In this document: piece by piece, positions 50,783-60,659 of the stretch
Layout: every line of letters begins with the position of its first letter
How positions within the stretch are numbered: position 1 is the first letter of the stretch
Source of the DNA: Planctomycetota bacterium
GTDB taxonomy: Bacteria; Planctomycetota; JAJSAM01; JAJVHW01
DNA: 64,000 bases
Direction: 5' to 3'
Assembly (NCBI GenBank): GCA_965248445.1
Contig: CBDFJG010000002.1
Span: 640,001 to 704,000, forward strand
The notes under the pieces: model-generated
Databases searched by the model: none
Told to the model about the DNA's origin: nothing
The model's input: the letters and a program-made list of their open reading frames with translations, nothing else
Program-made: the position numbers and the translations under genes

Positions 50783-51937
50783 ATGAACGACGCTGAACAC
50801 GGTTTCGGAACACGCGCGATCCACGGCGGGCAGTCGCCCGACCCGTCCACCGGTGCAATCATGCCGCCGGTCTACATGACGAGCACGTACGTGCAGTCGT
50901 CGCCCGGCGTCAACAAGGGGTTCGACTACTCGCGCACGATCAACCCGACCCGCATTGCGCTCGAAGCGAACCTCGCGGCGCTCGAGGGGGCGAGTCACGG
51001 GCTCGCCTTCTCGAGCGGGATGGCGGCCGGAAACAGCGTGCTGCAGCTCTTGTCCGCCGGCGATCACGTCGTCGCCTGCAACGACCTCTACGGCGGCAGC
51101 TACCGGATCATGCGCGCGGTGTACGAGCGCTTCGGCCTCACGTTCTCGTTCCTCGACACGACGGACGAGGACGCGTACACGGCGGCGTTCCGACCGGAGA
51201 CCAAGCTCGTCTGGATCGAGACCCCGAGCAACCCGCTGCTCCGGATCTCGGACATCGAGCGGTGCGCATCGATCGCGCGCGACCGCGGGGCGCTCACGGT
51301 CGTCGACAACACGTTCGCGACGCCGTACCTGCAGCAGCCTCTCGCGCTCGGTGCGGACATCGCGCTCCACAGCACGACGAAGTACCTCGGTGGCCACAGC
51401 GACGTGGTCGGAGGGGCGCTGCTCATGAACGACGACGGCCTGCACGAGCGCTCGCGGTTCCTGCAGAACTCGGTCGGGAGCGTGCCCGGCCCCATGGACT
51501 GCTTCCTCGTGCTGCGGGGCACCAAGACGCTGCACCTCCGCATGGACAAGCACGCCGAGAACGCCGCGCACATCGCCGAGTGGCTGAGTGGCCACGACGC
51601 GGTCGAGCGCGTGTTCTATCCCGGCCTTCCGTCGCACCCCCAGCACGCACTCGCATCGCGACAGATGCGCAACGCCGGCGGCATGGTGAGCTTCGACGTG
51701 AAGGGCGGACTCGCCGGAAGCCGCCGCGTCGCCGGGCGGGTGCGGCTCTTCGCTCTCGCGGAGAGCCTCGGCGGCGTGGAGTCGCTGCTCGACCACCCGG
51801 CCATCATGACCCACGCCTCCATCCCGCGCGCGGAGCGCGAGGCGGCCGGGCTGACGGACGGCCTGCTACGGCTATCGGTCGGCATCGAGGACCTCGACGA
51901 CCTCATGGCCGACCTCGAGCACGCCCTCTCCGGCTGA
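50783..51937 (+). CDS. Cystathionine gamma-lyase/synthase (Cys/Met metabolism PLP enzyme)
   Basis: Motifs YSRTINPT, FSSGMAA, DLYGGS, ETPSNP, STTKYLGGHSD and AESLGGVESL. Confidence 0.93.
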   Translation: MNDAEHGFGTRAIHGGQSPDPSTGAIMPPVYMTSTYVQSSPGVNKGFDYSRTINPTRIALEANLAALEGASHGLAFSSGMAAGNSVLQLLSAGDHVVACNDLYGGSYRIMRAVYERFGLTFSFLDTTDEDAYTAAFRPETKLVWIETPSNPLLRISDIERCASIARDRGALTVVDNTFATPYLQQPLALGADIALHSTTKYLGGHSDVVGGALLMNDDGLHERSRFLQNSVGSVPGPMDCFLVLRGTKTLHLRMDKHAENAAHIAEWLSGHDAVERVFYPGLPSHPQHALASRQMRNAGGMVSFDVKGGLAGSRRVAGRVRLFALAESLGGVESLLDHPAIMTHASIPRAEREAAGLTDGLLRLSVGIEDLDDLMADLEHALSG

Positions 51938-51972
51938 GAATTCGACGAAGCGGGTACGAACCTCCGGCGTCG

Positions 51973-53472
51973 GTAACCGTTCACCCCTTCGTCGCGAGCC
52001 AGGATCCAGATCGTTCGGCCATCGGTCGATCAAGATGTTGTGGGCGAGCGGCAGGACGAGGATCTGCGGGCGATGGTCGAGGGCCTTCTGGCCTGGATCG
52101 AGGAGCTGGAGCGTCGCGAAGCGAAGCATCTGCGCCGCATCGACGAGCTCGAGTCGCGTCTGAAGCGTGACTCCCGCAACAGCTCGAGGCCTCCGTCGTC
52201 GGACCCGGCGTGGTCCAAGCGCCGTCGCGGCCGAAGGCCGCGTAGCGGTCGCAAGCAGGGCGGACAGCCGGGCCATGAGGGCACGGCGCGCGAGCTGGTG
52301 GATCCGTCCAACGTCGATGAGACCAAGGAGCACCGTCCCGACCTCTGCGACGCGTGCGGACACGACGATCTCGAGCAGGGCATCGGCGATCCGTACCGGC
52401 ACCAGGTGACGGTGCTCCCGCGCGTGCTCGTCACGGTGCGGGAGCACCGGCTGCACAAGGCGCGGTGCCGGCGCTGTCGTGCGGTCACGACGGCGGTCCT
52501 GCCCGATGGCGTGCCGACCGGGGCCTTCGGTCCGCGGCTGACCACACTTGCCGGCGCGCTGCGCGGCGTGTACCGCGTGAGCGTGCGGGAGACGCAGCGG
52601 CTGCTCGGTGAGATCTTCGGTGTGAAGATGTCGCTGGGCAAGATCAGCGACTGTGAGCGTCGGCTCAGTGACGCTCTGCACTCGTCGTACCTCGAAGCCC
52701 TCGGGGCAGTCCGCACGTCGCTGCGAGCCAACGTGGACGAGACGTCGTGGAAGGAACGGGGCCGGGTGTGCTGGCTGTGGGCGGCGGAGAGCGAGCACGC
52801 CACAGCCTTCGGGATCGATCGCCGCCGCAGTGCCAAGGCGAAAGGGCGGCTGATCGGGCGGCGCTTCGGTGGCACGGTGATCAGCGACCGGATGGGTGCC
52901 TACGAGTCACACCCACTTGCCCGCCGCCAGCTCTGCTGGGCGCACATCGAGCGCGCCTTCCGTGCGCTGGCCGAAGGCCCGCGAGGACATCGCCGCTTCG
53001 GCAACAAGGGCGTCATGATCGCGCAGTCGGTCATGCGCAGCTACCGGCTCTTCGGTGAGCACGGCGACCGTGACCGGCTGCAAGGCGAAGCCGCTGTGCT
53101 GCGCGGACGGCTCGAGCGACTGATCGCGAACGACGACTCGGCTCTGGCCAACCATCTGCGCCCCCGCGTGGTCGCCCTCTTCACCTATGCGCGGACCCAG
53201 GACGTGAGTCCGACCAACAACGCCGCCGAGCGCGCGGTCCGCAAAGCGGTGCTCTGGCGCAAGGGCTCCTTCGGAAGCCAGTCCGCTCGCGGACTCCGCT
53301 TCGCCGAGCGCGTGTTGACCGCCGCGGCCACGCTGCGACGCCGTGGCGACCAAGTCTTCGACTTCCTCGCCGACTCGGTCGCCGCGCACCTCACCGGCGC
53401 CGACCCGCCCGTCATGGTCCCGCTGCCCCTCGCACGCTGAGGCTCACACGCTGTCAAGGGGTGAACGGTTAC
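51973..53472 (+). mobile_element. IS66 family element, single-ORF type (distinct from the first)
   Basis: 17-bp TIRs GTAACCGTTCACCCCTT / AAGGGGTGAACGGTTAC; 8-bp TSD CGGCGTCG at 51965-51972 and 53473-53480. Confidence 0.95.
52040..53440 (+). CDS. IS66 transposase
   Basis: Motifs NSSRPPSSD, GGQPGH, VDET, SDR, QLCWAHI and TNNAAERAVR. Confidence 0.95.
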   Translation: MGERQDEDLRAMVEGLLAWIEELERREAKHLRRIDELESRLKRDSRNSSRPPSSDPAWSKRRRGRRPRSGRKQGGQPGHEGTARELVDPSNVDETKEHRPDLCDACGHDDLEQGIGDPYRHQVTVLPRVLVTVREHRLHKARCRRCRAVTTAVLPDGVPTGAFGPRLTTLAGALRGVYRVSVRETQRLLGEIFGVKMSLGKISDCERRLSDALHSSYLEALGAVRTSLRANVDETSWKERGRVCWLWAAESEHATAFGIDRRRSAKAKGRLIGRRFGGTVISDRMGAYESHPLARRQLCWAHIERAFRALAEGPRGHRRFGNKGVMIAQSVMRSYRLFGEHGDRDRLQGEAAVLRGRLERLIANDDSALANHLRPRVVALFTYARTQDVSPTNNAAERAVRKAVLWRKGSFGSQSARGLRFAERVLTAAATLRRRGDQVFDFLADSVAAHLTGADPPVMVPLPLAR

Positions 53473-53525
53473 CGGCGTCGCGCGTCGTACTCCATGGAAG
53501 GGGTGCTACGCACCGGAGGTGCACG

Positions 53526-54791
53526 ATGCGCGTGACCGCACTGCTCGCCCCCGTCCTCGTGACGGGACTCACCGTCTTCACCGTCTTGGCTGGGCTCACG
53601 GCCTGCTCAGGCGGCCAGCCGAGAGGAGGTGACGCCGCCCCCGAAGAAGGCGTGGATCGTGCGGTTCGCCTCGACGAGCACCGCACGCTCGGCGCGCCGC
53701 TGACCATCGGCAACCTGCGCGTGTGGCCCGTCCACTCGGATGCCTCGCTCGACGTGGGGGAGTTTCTCACGCTCGCCGAAGCACAGGAGGCCGGCGTCGC
53801 CAAGGTGCGCGAGGTCGGGAGCCAGAACCTGAACTCGAACGGCAGCGCCACCGTCGGGACACTCGAGGTCGTGAACGGCAGCGACAAGCCGATCCTGATC
53901 CTGGCCGGCACCGTGGTGAAGGGCGGCAACCAGGACCGGCAACTGGGCCAGGACGTCGTGGTGTCAGCGGGCGCGACCGTGCCCGTCCAGGCTTTCTGCG
54001 TGGAGCAGGGGCGCTGGAGCAGCGCGCGCGAGGGGGTCGCCACGGACGGCGAGTTCGTCGCGCTCGAAGCGGTGACGAACGCGAGCATCCGCAAGAACGC
54101 GCAGTACGCCAAGGACCAGGGTGCCGTCTGGGAGGAGGTCGCCGCCGTGCGCGACGCGGCGTTCACCGCGCCCTTCACGTACAGCCAAACCGGCAGTACC
54201 CGGGTCCGGACCCGCGAAGCGGGCGGAGGCGGCGGGCACGGCCAGGACATCGACTCGAACGACGTGATCATTGCGTCTGTTGCGACTTTCCGAGACGAAC
54301 CCGTGCGCGACGCGTACCAGACCTTCACGTACGCCACCGAGGGATCGACGTTCATCGATGTGCTCGAGAAGTCGCCACCGGAGGTGGTCGCGAAACGGGA
54401 CGAGACGGCCGCCGCCGTGCTGGCTCATTTCGAGGTGCTGGCCGCGGGCGAGGACGCCCCGATCGGCTTCGCGTACGCCATCGGCGACGATCCCGTCACC
54501 GTGCGTGCGTTCGCTCACCATCGGTTGCTCGCCAAGAACCTCGGGAGCTTCGCCAAGGCGATGGCCGTCGAGGCCTCGCTCGCCGAGGGCGAGTCCTCGA
54601 ACTGCACCGCTGAGGACGTCGTGGCGATGGTCAAGGACATCGCGAAGGGCGACGAGAGGCGCGTGGAGACCGCCGCGGCGAATGCACTCGGTTTGCGAGA
54701 GAACGAAACGGGCTGGAACGGCAAGTGCCTGTTCGATGCAGACGGCGACGGCAAGGAGGATTCGCTGACGGAGGACTGGACGCGGCGCTAG
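53526..54791 (+). CDS. ARPP-1/DUF6569-like lipoprotein
   Basis: Lipobox LTAC; NLRVWPV, FLTLAEA, ILAGTVVKGGNQDR and FCVEQGRW. Confidence 0.75.
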   Translation: MRVTALLAPVLVTGLTVFTVLAGLTACSGGQPRGGDAAPEEGVDRAVRLDEHRTLGAPLTIGNLRVWPVHSDASLDVGEFLTLAEAQEAGVAKVREVGSQNLNSNGSATVGTLEVVNGSDKPILILAGTVVKGGNQDRQLGQDVVVSAGATVPVQAFCVEQGRWSSAREGVATDGEFVALEAVTNASIRKNAQYAKDQGAVWEEVAAVRDAAFTAPFTYSQTGSTRVRTREAGGGGGHGQDIDSNDVIIASVATFRDEPVRDAYQTFTYATEGSTFIDVLEKSPPEVVAKRDETAAAVLAHFEVLAAGEDAPIGFAYAIGDDPVTVRAFAHHRLLAKNLGSFAKAMAVEASLAEGESSNCTAEDVVAMVKDIAKGDERRVETAAANALGLRENETGWNGKCLFDADGDGKEDSLTEDWTRR

Positions 54792-54803
54792 CCGCGTCGC
54801 TAG

Positions 54804-56472
54804 CCCGAATCGTTCACCAGCCGGGAATCTGAGCGGGCCGTCGTCTGTCTAAGTGCTCGTACTCGCTAGTACTTGCACCGACAGGAGCGCCGGCCCGATG
54901 ACGACAGACTGTAGCCCGCAGGGGACCCTCTTCGCGGGCATCTGTGGACGCACCGCGGTGACGCGCTTCGACGCCGGTACCGTGACGAGCGACGGGGGCG
55001 TGCTGCTGCTCGAGCGGACCGATCGTCGCATCGATCTGCTCTCGCGGTTTGCGCGCTGCTTCGGGGACCACCGGGACCCGCGTCGGGTCGAGCACACGGT
55101 CGGCCAGATGCTGCGTCAGCGGGTCTTCGGGCTGTGCGCGGGCTACGAGGATCTGGTGGACCACGACCATGTCGGCAAGGACCCGCTGTTTGCCGCGGCG
55201 TGCGGCAAGCGCGAGGGTGCTCTGGCCACGCACCCGACGCTCTCGCGGCTCGAGACCACGCAGCTCGGCGCCACGGCACAGACGCGCTACGCCAAGATCG
55301 AGATGGACCAGGAGCGCGTGGACAGCGTGCTCAGCGACGTCTTCTGCGAGGCCATGGGGCCGGAGGATCCGGGCCTGCTCGTGCTGGACCTGGACCACTC
55401 CGACGTGCGGCTGCACGGCCGGCAGGAGGGCCGCTTCTTCCACGGCTACTACGGGCACTACTGCTACCTGCCGCTGTACGTCTTCTGCGGCGAGCACCTC
55501 TTGCTCGCTCGGCTCCAGACCGCTGACAGAGATCCCGCGCGCGGAGTCGTGGACGAGCTCCGTGCGCTGGTCTTACGTCTGCGGCGCCGCTGGCCCCGGG
55601 CCAAGGTGCTCGTGCGCGCAGACTCGGGCTTTTGCCGCGAGGAGCTGATGGCCTGGTGCGAGGCCGCCGGCCACTTCTACCTGCTGGGCATGGCGCGCAA
55701 TGAGCGCCTTGAGCGACACGTCGAAGACGCGCTCGATGAGGCCGCAGCCCGTGCCGTGCAGACCGGCCGAGCAGCCCGGGTCTTTCGCGACTTTGCCTGG
55801 ACCACGCTGGGGAGCTGGAGCCAGAGGCGTCGCGTGGTCGCCAAGGCCGAGCACCTGCCGGGCGGCAAGCGCAATCCCCGCTTCGTGGTGACCAATCTGC
55901 CGCCTCGTAGCTGGAGCAGCAAGCGTCTCTACGAGCAGCTCTACTGCGCCCGGGGCGAGGCGGAGAATCGCATCAAGGAGCAGCAGCTCGAGCTCTTCGG
56001 CACCCGTCTGTCGGTGCACACGATGCAGGGCAACGCCGTGCGGATGGCCATGTCGGCCATGGCCTACGTCCTGACCTGTGCGCTGCGACGCATCGGTCTC
56101 GCCGGCACCGAGATGGCGCGTGCGCAAGCCGGCACGATCCGCCTGCGGCTGCTCAAGATCGGCGCGCTCGTGCGGATCACGACGCGCCGGATCTGGGTCT
56201 CGATGTCCTCGTCGTGGCCCTGGCAGCACGTCTTCGAGCGCTGCGCGCAACGACTGCTGGCATCCCCGAAGCCGACCTGACGTCCCGCCGCGCCGTCCGC
56301 CACACCACCGCCCGGCCTACGGTCTGCCCACACCGCAGAATCCGCGCCGTTTCGGCCGCTCACTCGCGTTGCCCTTGTGGCAACGACGACAGCATCCGCC
56401 CTCGCCTGGCCAAGATCTGACCCTGTGGACTCCGAAAGCACCGTCATCGCGACGTCTCGTGAACAGATGCGG
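54804..56472 (+). mobile_element. IS1380 family element, copy B
   Basis: Inverted, near-identical copy of 45270-46938; CTAG at 54800-54803 and 56473-56476. Confidence 0.93.
54853..56280 (+). CDS. IS1380 transposase
   Basis: Differs from copy A at three N-terminal residues. Confidence 0.95.
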   Translation: MLVLASTCTDRSAGPMTTDCSPQGTLFAGICGRTAVTRFDAGTVTSDGGVLLLERTDRRIDLLSRFARCFGDHRDPRRVEHTVGQMLRQRVFGLCAGYEDLVDHDHVGKDPLFAAACGKREGALATHPTLSRLETTQLGATAQTRYAKIEMDQERVDSVLSDVFCEAMGPEDPGLLVLDLDHSDVRLHGRQEGRFFHGYYGHYCYLPLYVFCGEHLLLARLQTADRDPARGVVDELRALVLRLRRRWPRAKVLVRADSGFCREELMAWCEAAGHFYLLGMARNERLERHVEDALDEAAARAVQTGRAARVFRDFAWTTLGSWSQRRRVVAKAEHLPGGKRNPRFVVTNLPPRSWSSKRLYEQLYCARGEAENRIKEQQLELFGTRLSVHTMQGNAVRMAMSAMAYVLTCALRRIGLAGTEMARAQAGTIRLRLLKIGALVRITTRRIWVSMSSSWPWQHVFERCAQRLLASPKPT

Positions 56473-56619
56473 CTAGGCTCAACGAGGGTGTCGAACGCGC
56501 TTCCTCCGGCACCCCGGGTGCCGATCTCGAAGGCACCCGGGCCCCGGGAGCGAAGGCACACGAAGGCACACACCGAGGGCGTCCAGGCGCGGGGGTGCAG
56601 CCCGCGATACTGCCTGACC

Positions 56620-57042
56620 ATGAGGCGAACAGTCCACGAGGTCGCGATCAGGACCCTCCAGAACCGCATACCGGACCTGAAGATAGGGCGGTTCGGCGCC
56701 GAGGTGCGCGCCGCGCTCAAGCGCGACCCCGACGACATCCCCTGCATCGAGGAGTACGCGAGCTTGACGAGGCACATCCGGCCGGATGCGTACCGCATCG
56801 ACGAGACGGAGTGCGCGGTGTACGCGTACGAGATCGAGGACGCGAGCAAGCTCTTGATGCACAAGATGCTGTGGCTCGGACTGCTGTGGCTCTCGCTGGA
56901 GGGGGACGGCTGGGACTTGCACGTCTACGTGCTGGATCGCTACGGCCTGCAGCAGCGCGAGGTCCCGCTCGGAGACTTCTACTTCGCGGCGCTCGAGCGC
57001 AACGACTACGAGAAGGTCGCCGCCGAAGCCGCCGCCATGTAG
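56620..57042 (+). CDS. Hypothetical protein with a PD-(D/E)xK-like motif
   Basis: IRPDAYRID...VYAYEIED. Confidence 0.55.
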   Translation: MRRTVHEVAIRTLQNRIPDLKIGRFGAEVRAALKRDPDDIPCIEEYASLTRHIRPDAYRIDETECAVYAYEIEDASKLLMHKMLWLGLLWLSLEGDGWDLHVYVLDRYGLQQREVPLGDFYFAALERNDYEKVAAEAAAM

Positions 57043-57193
57043 CCGGCGCCCCTGTTGGGGGGCAGCTGATTTGCAATGTCCCCGGGACCCCCGGAACGAC
57101 GCGCACAGGCTCGACTAAGCGGCGCCTGACGGCGTCTCTGGCACCTGTTTCGGTGTGTACCGTTCCCCGAAGCGTTCCCCGGGGGTGCGCGAG

Positions 57194-58048
57194 ATGACGG
57201 CCCGCCAGCGAGTCGCTCGTGCCTCGTGTGCGCGCTGCGGGACGACCGTGGGGCGGCCTCACAATGTGTACTGCAGCAAGCGGTGCGCGGGCCTGGCAAA
57301 GACCCCTCGGCGGTTCGACGTGACCCCCGACGAGTTGGAACGTCTTGTCTGGTCGGAGCCGACCCAGGTCATCGCCGAGCGGCTCGGGGTGTCGGACGTA
57401 GCAGTCGCGAAGCGATGCCGGGAACTCGACATCGAGAAGCCGCCGCGCGGCTACTGGGCGAAGCGGGTCGCCGGCAAGACCGTTGCCCGTGACGGCTCGG
57501 TTCGCAACCAGATCGCCTGGTGTGCGTGCGGCTGCGGCGATGTCATGTGGAAGTGGCGCGGTGCGCAGGCGAAGCCTCGCCAGGCCATCAACGGACACAC
57601 GATCCAACACTGGGCTGGGACCTACGACGAGCGCCTTGCTCGCCGCGTCTCCTTGACCCTTCGTCGTGCGCTTCGGCGAGAGGCCCGGCGGTTACGTCGG
57701 TGGCGAGCGTCCACCGGGAGCCGCGGCCCCCTCGATATCAACGTCGTTGCCCGCCTCCAATGCCGGGCCGCCCACCTTGACGACATGTCTCGCGCTGCCG
57801 TCGATGTCGCGGAGGCGTTCAGCGAGCGCACGTTCTGCGAGTACGTCGGGGTCATCTGGCTCGCCGTTCGAGAGGCGTGGCTCGAAGGCGTCCGCTGCCT
57901 CGATGCCCTGCTCATCGCGGCGCGGCGAGCGGTGCGCGCGTCCTGGCGACAGGGTCGGGGTCGCGCCCGATTCTCGACCGACGAGATGGGTGATGCCTTC
58001 GACTGGCTCCCGGTCTACGCGCAGTCGTACAGCGAGGCGCCCCGATGA
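57194..58048 (+). CDS. Zinc-finger/HTH protein of mobile-element type
   Basis: CARC...YCSKRC; LVWSEPTQVIAERLGVSDVAVAKRC...PPRGYW; CACGCG...NGH. Confidence 0.7.
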   Translation: MTARQRVARASCARCGTTVGRPHNVYCSKRCAGLAKTPRRFDVTPDELERLVWSEPTQVIAERLGVSDVAVAKRCRELDIEKPPRGYWAKRVAGKTVARDGSVRNQIAWCACGCGDVMWKWRGAQAKPRQAINGHTIQHWAGTYDERLARRVSLTLRRALRREARRLRRWRASTGSRGPLDINVVARLQCRAAHLDDMSRAAVDVAEAFSERTFCEYVGVIWLAVREAWLEGVRCLDALLIAARRAVRASWRQGRGRARFSTDEMGDAFDWLPVYAQSYSEAPR

Positions 58049-58215
58049 CCGCGAAGCCGCTCGCCATGACGGTCGTGGTCAAGCCGCGCGATGGGATCTT
58101 CGTCGCGTTGACCATCGAGCACTTCATGGCGTCGGCTGGCCCTACGCCGCTCGCTGCGTTTACGGGACTCGTCGAGTCGCTCGCGGGTCAGGCGCACCTG
58201 GATCAGATGGGCTAG
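58045..58215 (+). CDS. Small HicB-N-terminal-like protein (56 aa)
   Basis: ATGA-coupled ORF MTAKPLAMTVVVKPRDGIFVALTIEHFMASAGPTPLAAFTGLVESL..., below the ORF-track cutoff. Confidence 0.5.
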   Translation: MTAKPLAMTVVVKPRDGIFVALTIEHFMASAGPTPLAAFTGLVESLAGQAHLDQMG

Positions 58216-58493
58216 TGCGCCCAAACATGGACCCGCCTCTCGCCGCGCGCGCCGCGAGCCGAACGTGGGTGTGGAGAGTTCGTGGATTCGCACGGCCCAC
58301 CCGGGCGGCGCCGCCGGATCGGGCATGTGGAAATCGTGGATGAGTCATGTCGGCGCTTGCGTAACCACCGATTCGGACGTATGTAGCCTCGGATTCGCCC
58401 GATGTCGAGTTCCTGGGAGGAACCACAAGATGTTCTCCACAAAGGGGTTAGGTTGATGCTGTGGGTAGTGTTCGCTACGCTTCGGGATCCCCA

Positions 58494-59486
58494 ATGACCG
58501 GACCCGCGAAGTTGCCACACCTGTTCTTCCACGCGCCGTGCTTCGACGGTGTCGTGTCCGCAGCACTCATCCTGCGTCACCTGGTTGAGCCTCACATGCT
58601 CGACGCTGTCAAGCTCGAGCCTGTCAACTACGACGAGAAGGACAAGTGGCTCGACCGTCGCCTCCCCCGAGACTCCGCCGTGGTCGACTTCCTCTACCAC
58701 CCGGATGCTCACTTCTGGGTGGATCACCACCGCACGACATTCCTCACCTCTGCCGCGGAGTCGGACTATCGCTCGCGGCTCTCTCGGGGGGACCAGTGGC
58801 AATGGTACGACTCCAGCGCTGACTCCGCCGCGCGCGTGATCTGGACGCGGTTGCACGACGCGGCCCCCGTGGATGCAGCGCGGAGCACGGAGATCGTTCG
58901 ATGGGCGGACATCGTCGATGCGGCACGCTACGAGAACGTCACTCAAGCGGTCTGCGCCCAGTCCCCGGCGCTCCGAGTTGCGAGGAGCCTCGCGCGCGAT
59001 CGGGATCGTCTGCATAGCACGTGGCTTGTGCGTGAGCTCTCGCGACGGTCCTTGGACGACGTAGCCGCCGACGCCCGCGTGCGAGACCGCGCCGACGGTA
59101 TGGACCGCGAAGTGAGAGACGGCCTCGCGCGCCTGAAGGCGGCAACGCGGCTAACCGACGACGGCGTCGCGGTCTTCAACGTGGACGCGCGCGACGTCGT
59201 CGTGAATCGCTACGCGCCGTTCCTCCACTACCCAAGTGCGAGGTACTGCGCAGGCATTCTGCGCTGGGATGATCTCGCGAAGGTGACCGCAATGCGGAAT
59301 CCCTGGATGGACTTCCCGTCTGCCCCACTCGGGGTGATGTTCGCGCAGGTTGGTGGTGGCGGCCATGAACGCATCGGTTCCGTCATGCTACGCGGCGATC
59401 GCCGCGTCGAGGCCGGGGCTATACTCCACGCGCTGCTGGCGTCGATACGAGAGTGGGAGGATGCCCCGCGGCTGGAGCCCGCGTGA
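58494..59486 (+). CDS. DHH/DHHA1-family phosphoesterase
   Basis: FHAPCFDGVVSA, VVDF, WVDHH, DIVD and C-terminal GGGGH. Confidence 0.82.
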   Translation: MTGPAKLPHLFFHAPCFDGVVSAALILRHLVEPHMLDAVKLEPVNYDEKDKWLDRRLPRDSAVVDFLYHPDAHFWVDHHRTTFLTSAAESDYRSRLSRGDQWQWYDSSADSAARVIWTRLHDAAPVDAARSTEIVRWADIVDAARYENVTQAVCAQSPALRVARSLARDRDRLHSTWLVRELSRRSLDDVAADARVRDRADGMDREVRDGLARLKAATRLTDDGVAVFNVDARDVVVNRYAPFLHYPSARYCAGILRWDDLAKVTAMRNPWMDFPSAPLGVMFAQVGGGGHERIGSVMLRGDRRVEAGAILHALLASIREWEDAPRLEPA

Positions 59487-60574
59487 CTAGTCGCTTCAAC
59501 TTCTTCGACGTCTACGGCTACTTGATCCCCGGTACGTGGCTGTTGCTGGGGTTGAGCGCGCCACTGTTCCTGGTCATGCGTCCAGACATCGATGCCTCGC
59601 TGGGCTCGGCGACTCTCGCGCTGACGTGCCTGTTCGTGCTCGCCTACGTCAGCGGACTCCTCATGAAGACGCTGACTCACCGCGCGCTCCCGTCGTGGAG
59701 CCACGTTCGTGGCGCGACGAAGCGGCCAGAAGTGCCGTCCAACTACCTCTTCGATCCGCGCCTGGCCCGGGCGAACACGTTCTCGCCGGACTTCTCAGCA
59801 GCAATCGAGAAGGCAGTCGCGGAGCGTGTGCCATTCTGCACTCCTGCGTCTCGGCTGACGGACTTCAAGACTCCTGGCTCCGATGGCACTCGCAGGGACG
59901 TGTTTCGCATGGCCCGCGCAGCGATCATCCGGTCCAATCGCCCGTCTTACGTCGAGCAGTTTCAAGGGCTGTACGAGATGTACCGTGGCCTCTGCATGGC
60001 CTCCTCTGCTGTCGCGTTGTACCTCTCGGGTTGGACGATCGGCGCAACAGTGCACGAAGCGAAACTAGGCTCTTCGTGGGCTGATCGAGATGTGTCCGTG
60101 CTCGTCACGCAAGTCCTGGTCGCCGCGGCGCTAGCTGCGTTGTGGACATCGAAGTGGACCGAAGTCCTCAAGATGCGGATGCTCTTGAACGAAGACGAAC
60201 CGACTTCTGATCACGCGGAGGGGAAGCGCAGCTTGCTCGCGGAGATGTGCTGGAAGCTCCGGTCGAGTACGGCGCTCAGCACACGACCTCGCATGCGGGA
60301 GTGCCCGCTGTGGAGACGCTTGTGGTGGGGACTTGCAGCGGTCTTCGGTGGTGCGGGATTCTTGGTGTCGGTTCGCGCGATGGAAAGTGACCGCGTCACA
60401 GAACCGACGCCTGAACACCTCGCTCTCGCAGCTCTTGTCTTCATCACCGCGGCGGTGTTGTTTCGGTTGTCGCATCTGAACGGAACGGAGATCTGGGTAC
60501 GGCAGGTCTACGAGGAACTTGTAGCAGACCACTGTTCGCGTTCCGACCAGCCGAGCGTAGACGACGACGAGTAG
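59483..60574 (+). CDS. Multi-TM hypothetical membrane protein
   Basis: GTGA overlap with the DHH gene; FNFFDVYGYLIPG, AYVSG and QFQGLYEMYRGL; about six hydrophobic segments. Confidence 0.78.
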   Translation: MTSRFNFFDVYGYLIPGTWLLLGLSAPLFLVMRPDIDASLGSATLALTCLFVLAYVSGLLMKTLTHRALPSWSHVRGATKRPEVPSNYLFDPRLARANTFSPDFSAAIEKAVAERVPFCTPASRLTDFKTPGSDGTRRDVFRMARAAIIRSNRPSYVEQFQGLYEMYRGLCMASSAVALYLSGWTIGATVHEAKLGSSWADRDVSVLVTQVLVAAALAALWTSKWTEVLKMRMLLNEDEPTSDHAEGKRSLLAEMCWKLRSSTALSTRPRMRECPLWRRLWWGLAAVFGGAGFLVSVRAMESDRVTEPTPEHLALAALVFITAAVLFRLSHLNGTEIWVRQVYEELVADHCSRSDQPSVDDDE

Positions 60575-60659
60575 GCTGCGAGGAGTTGCGCTGTGTGAGG
60601 CAACGCGCTCCGACGCAGAACTCCGCCTTCGCACGGTTCGTCAACGTGGGTGCCGGAGT

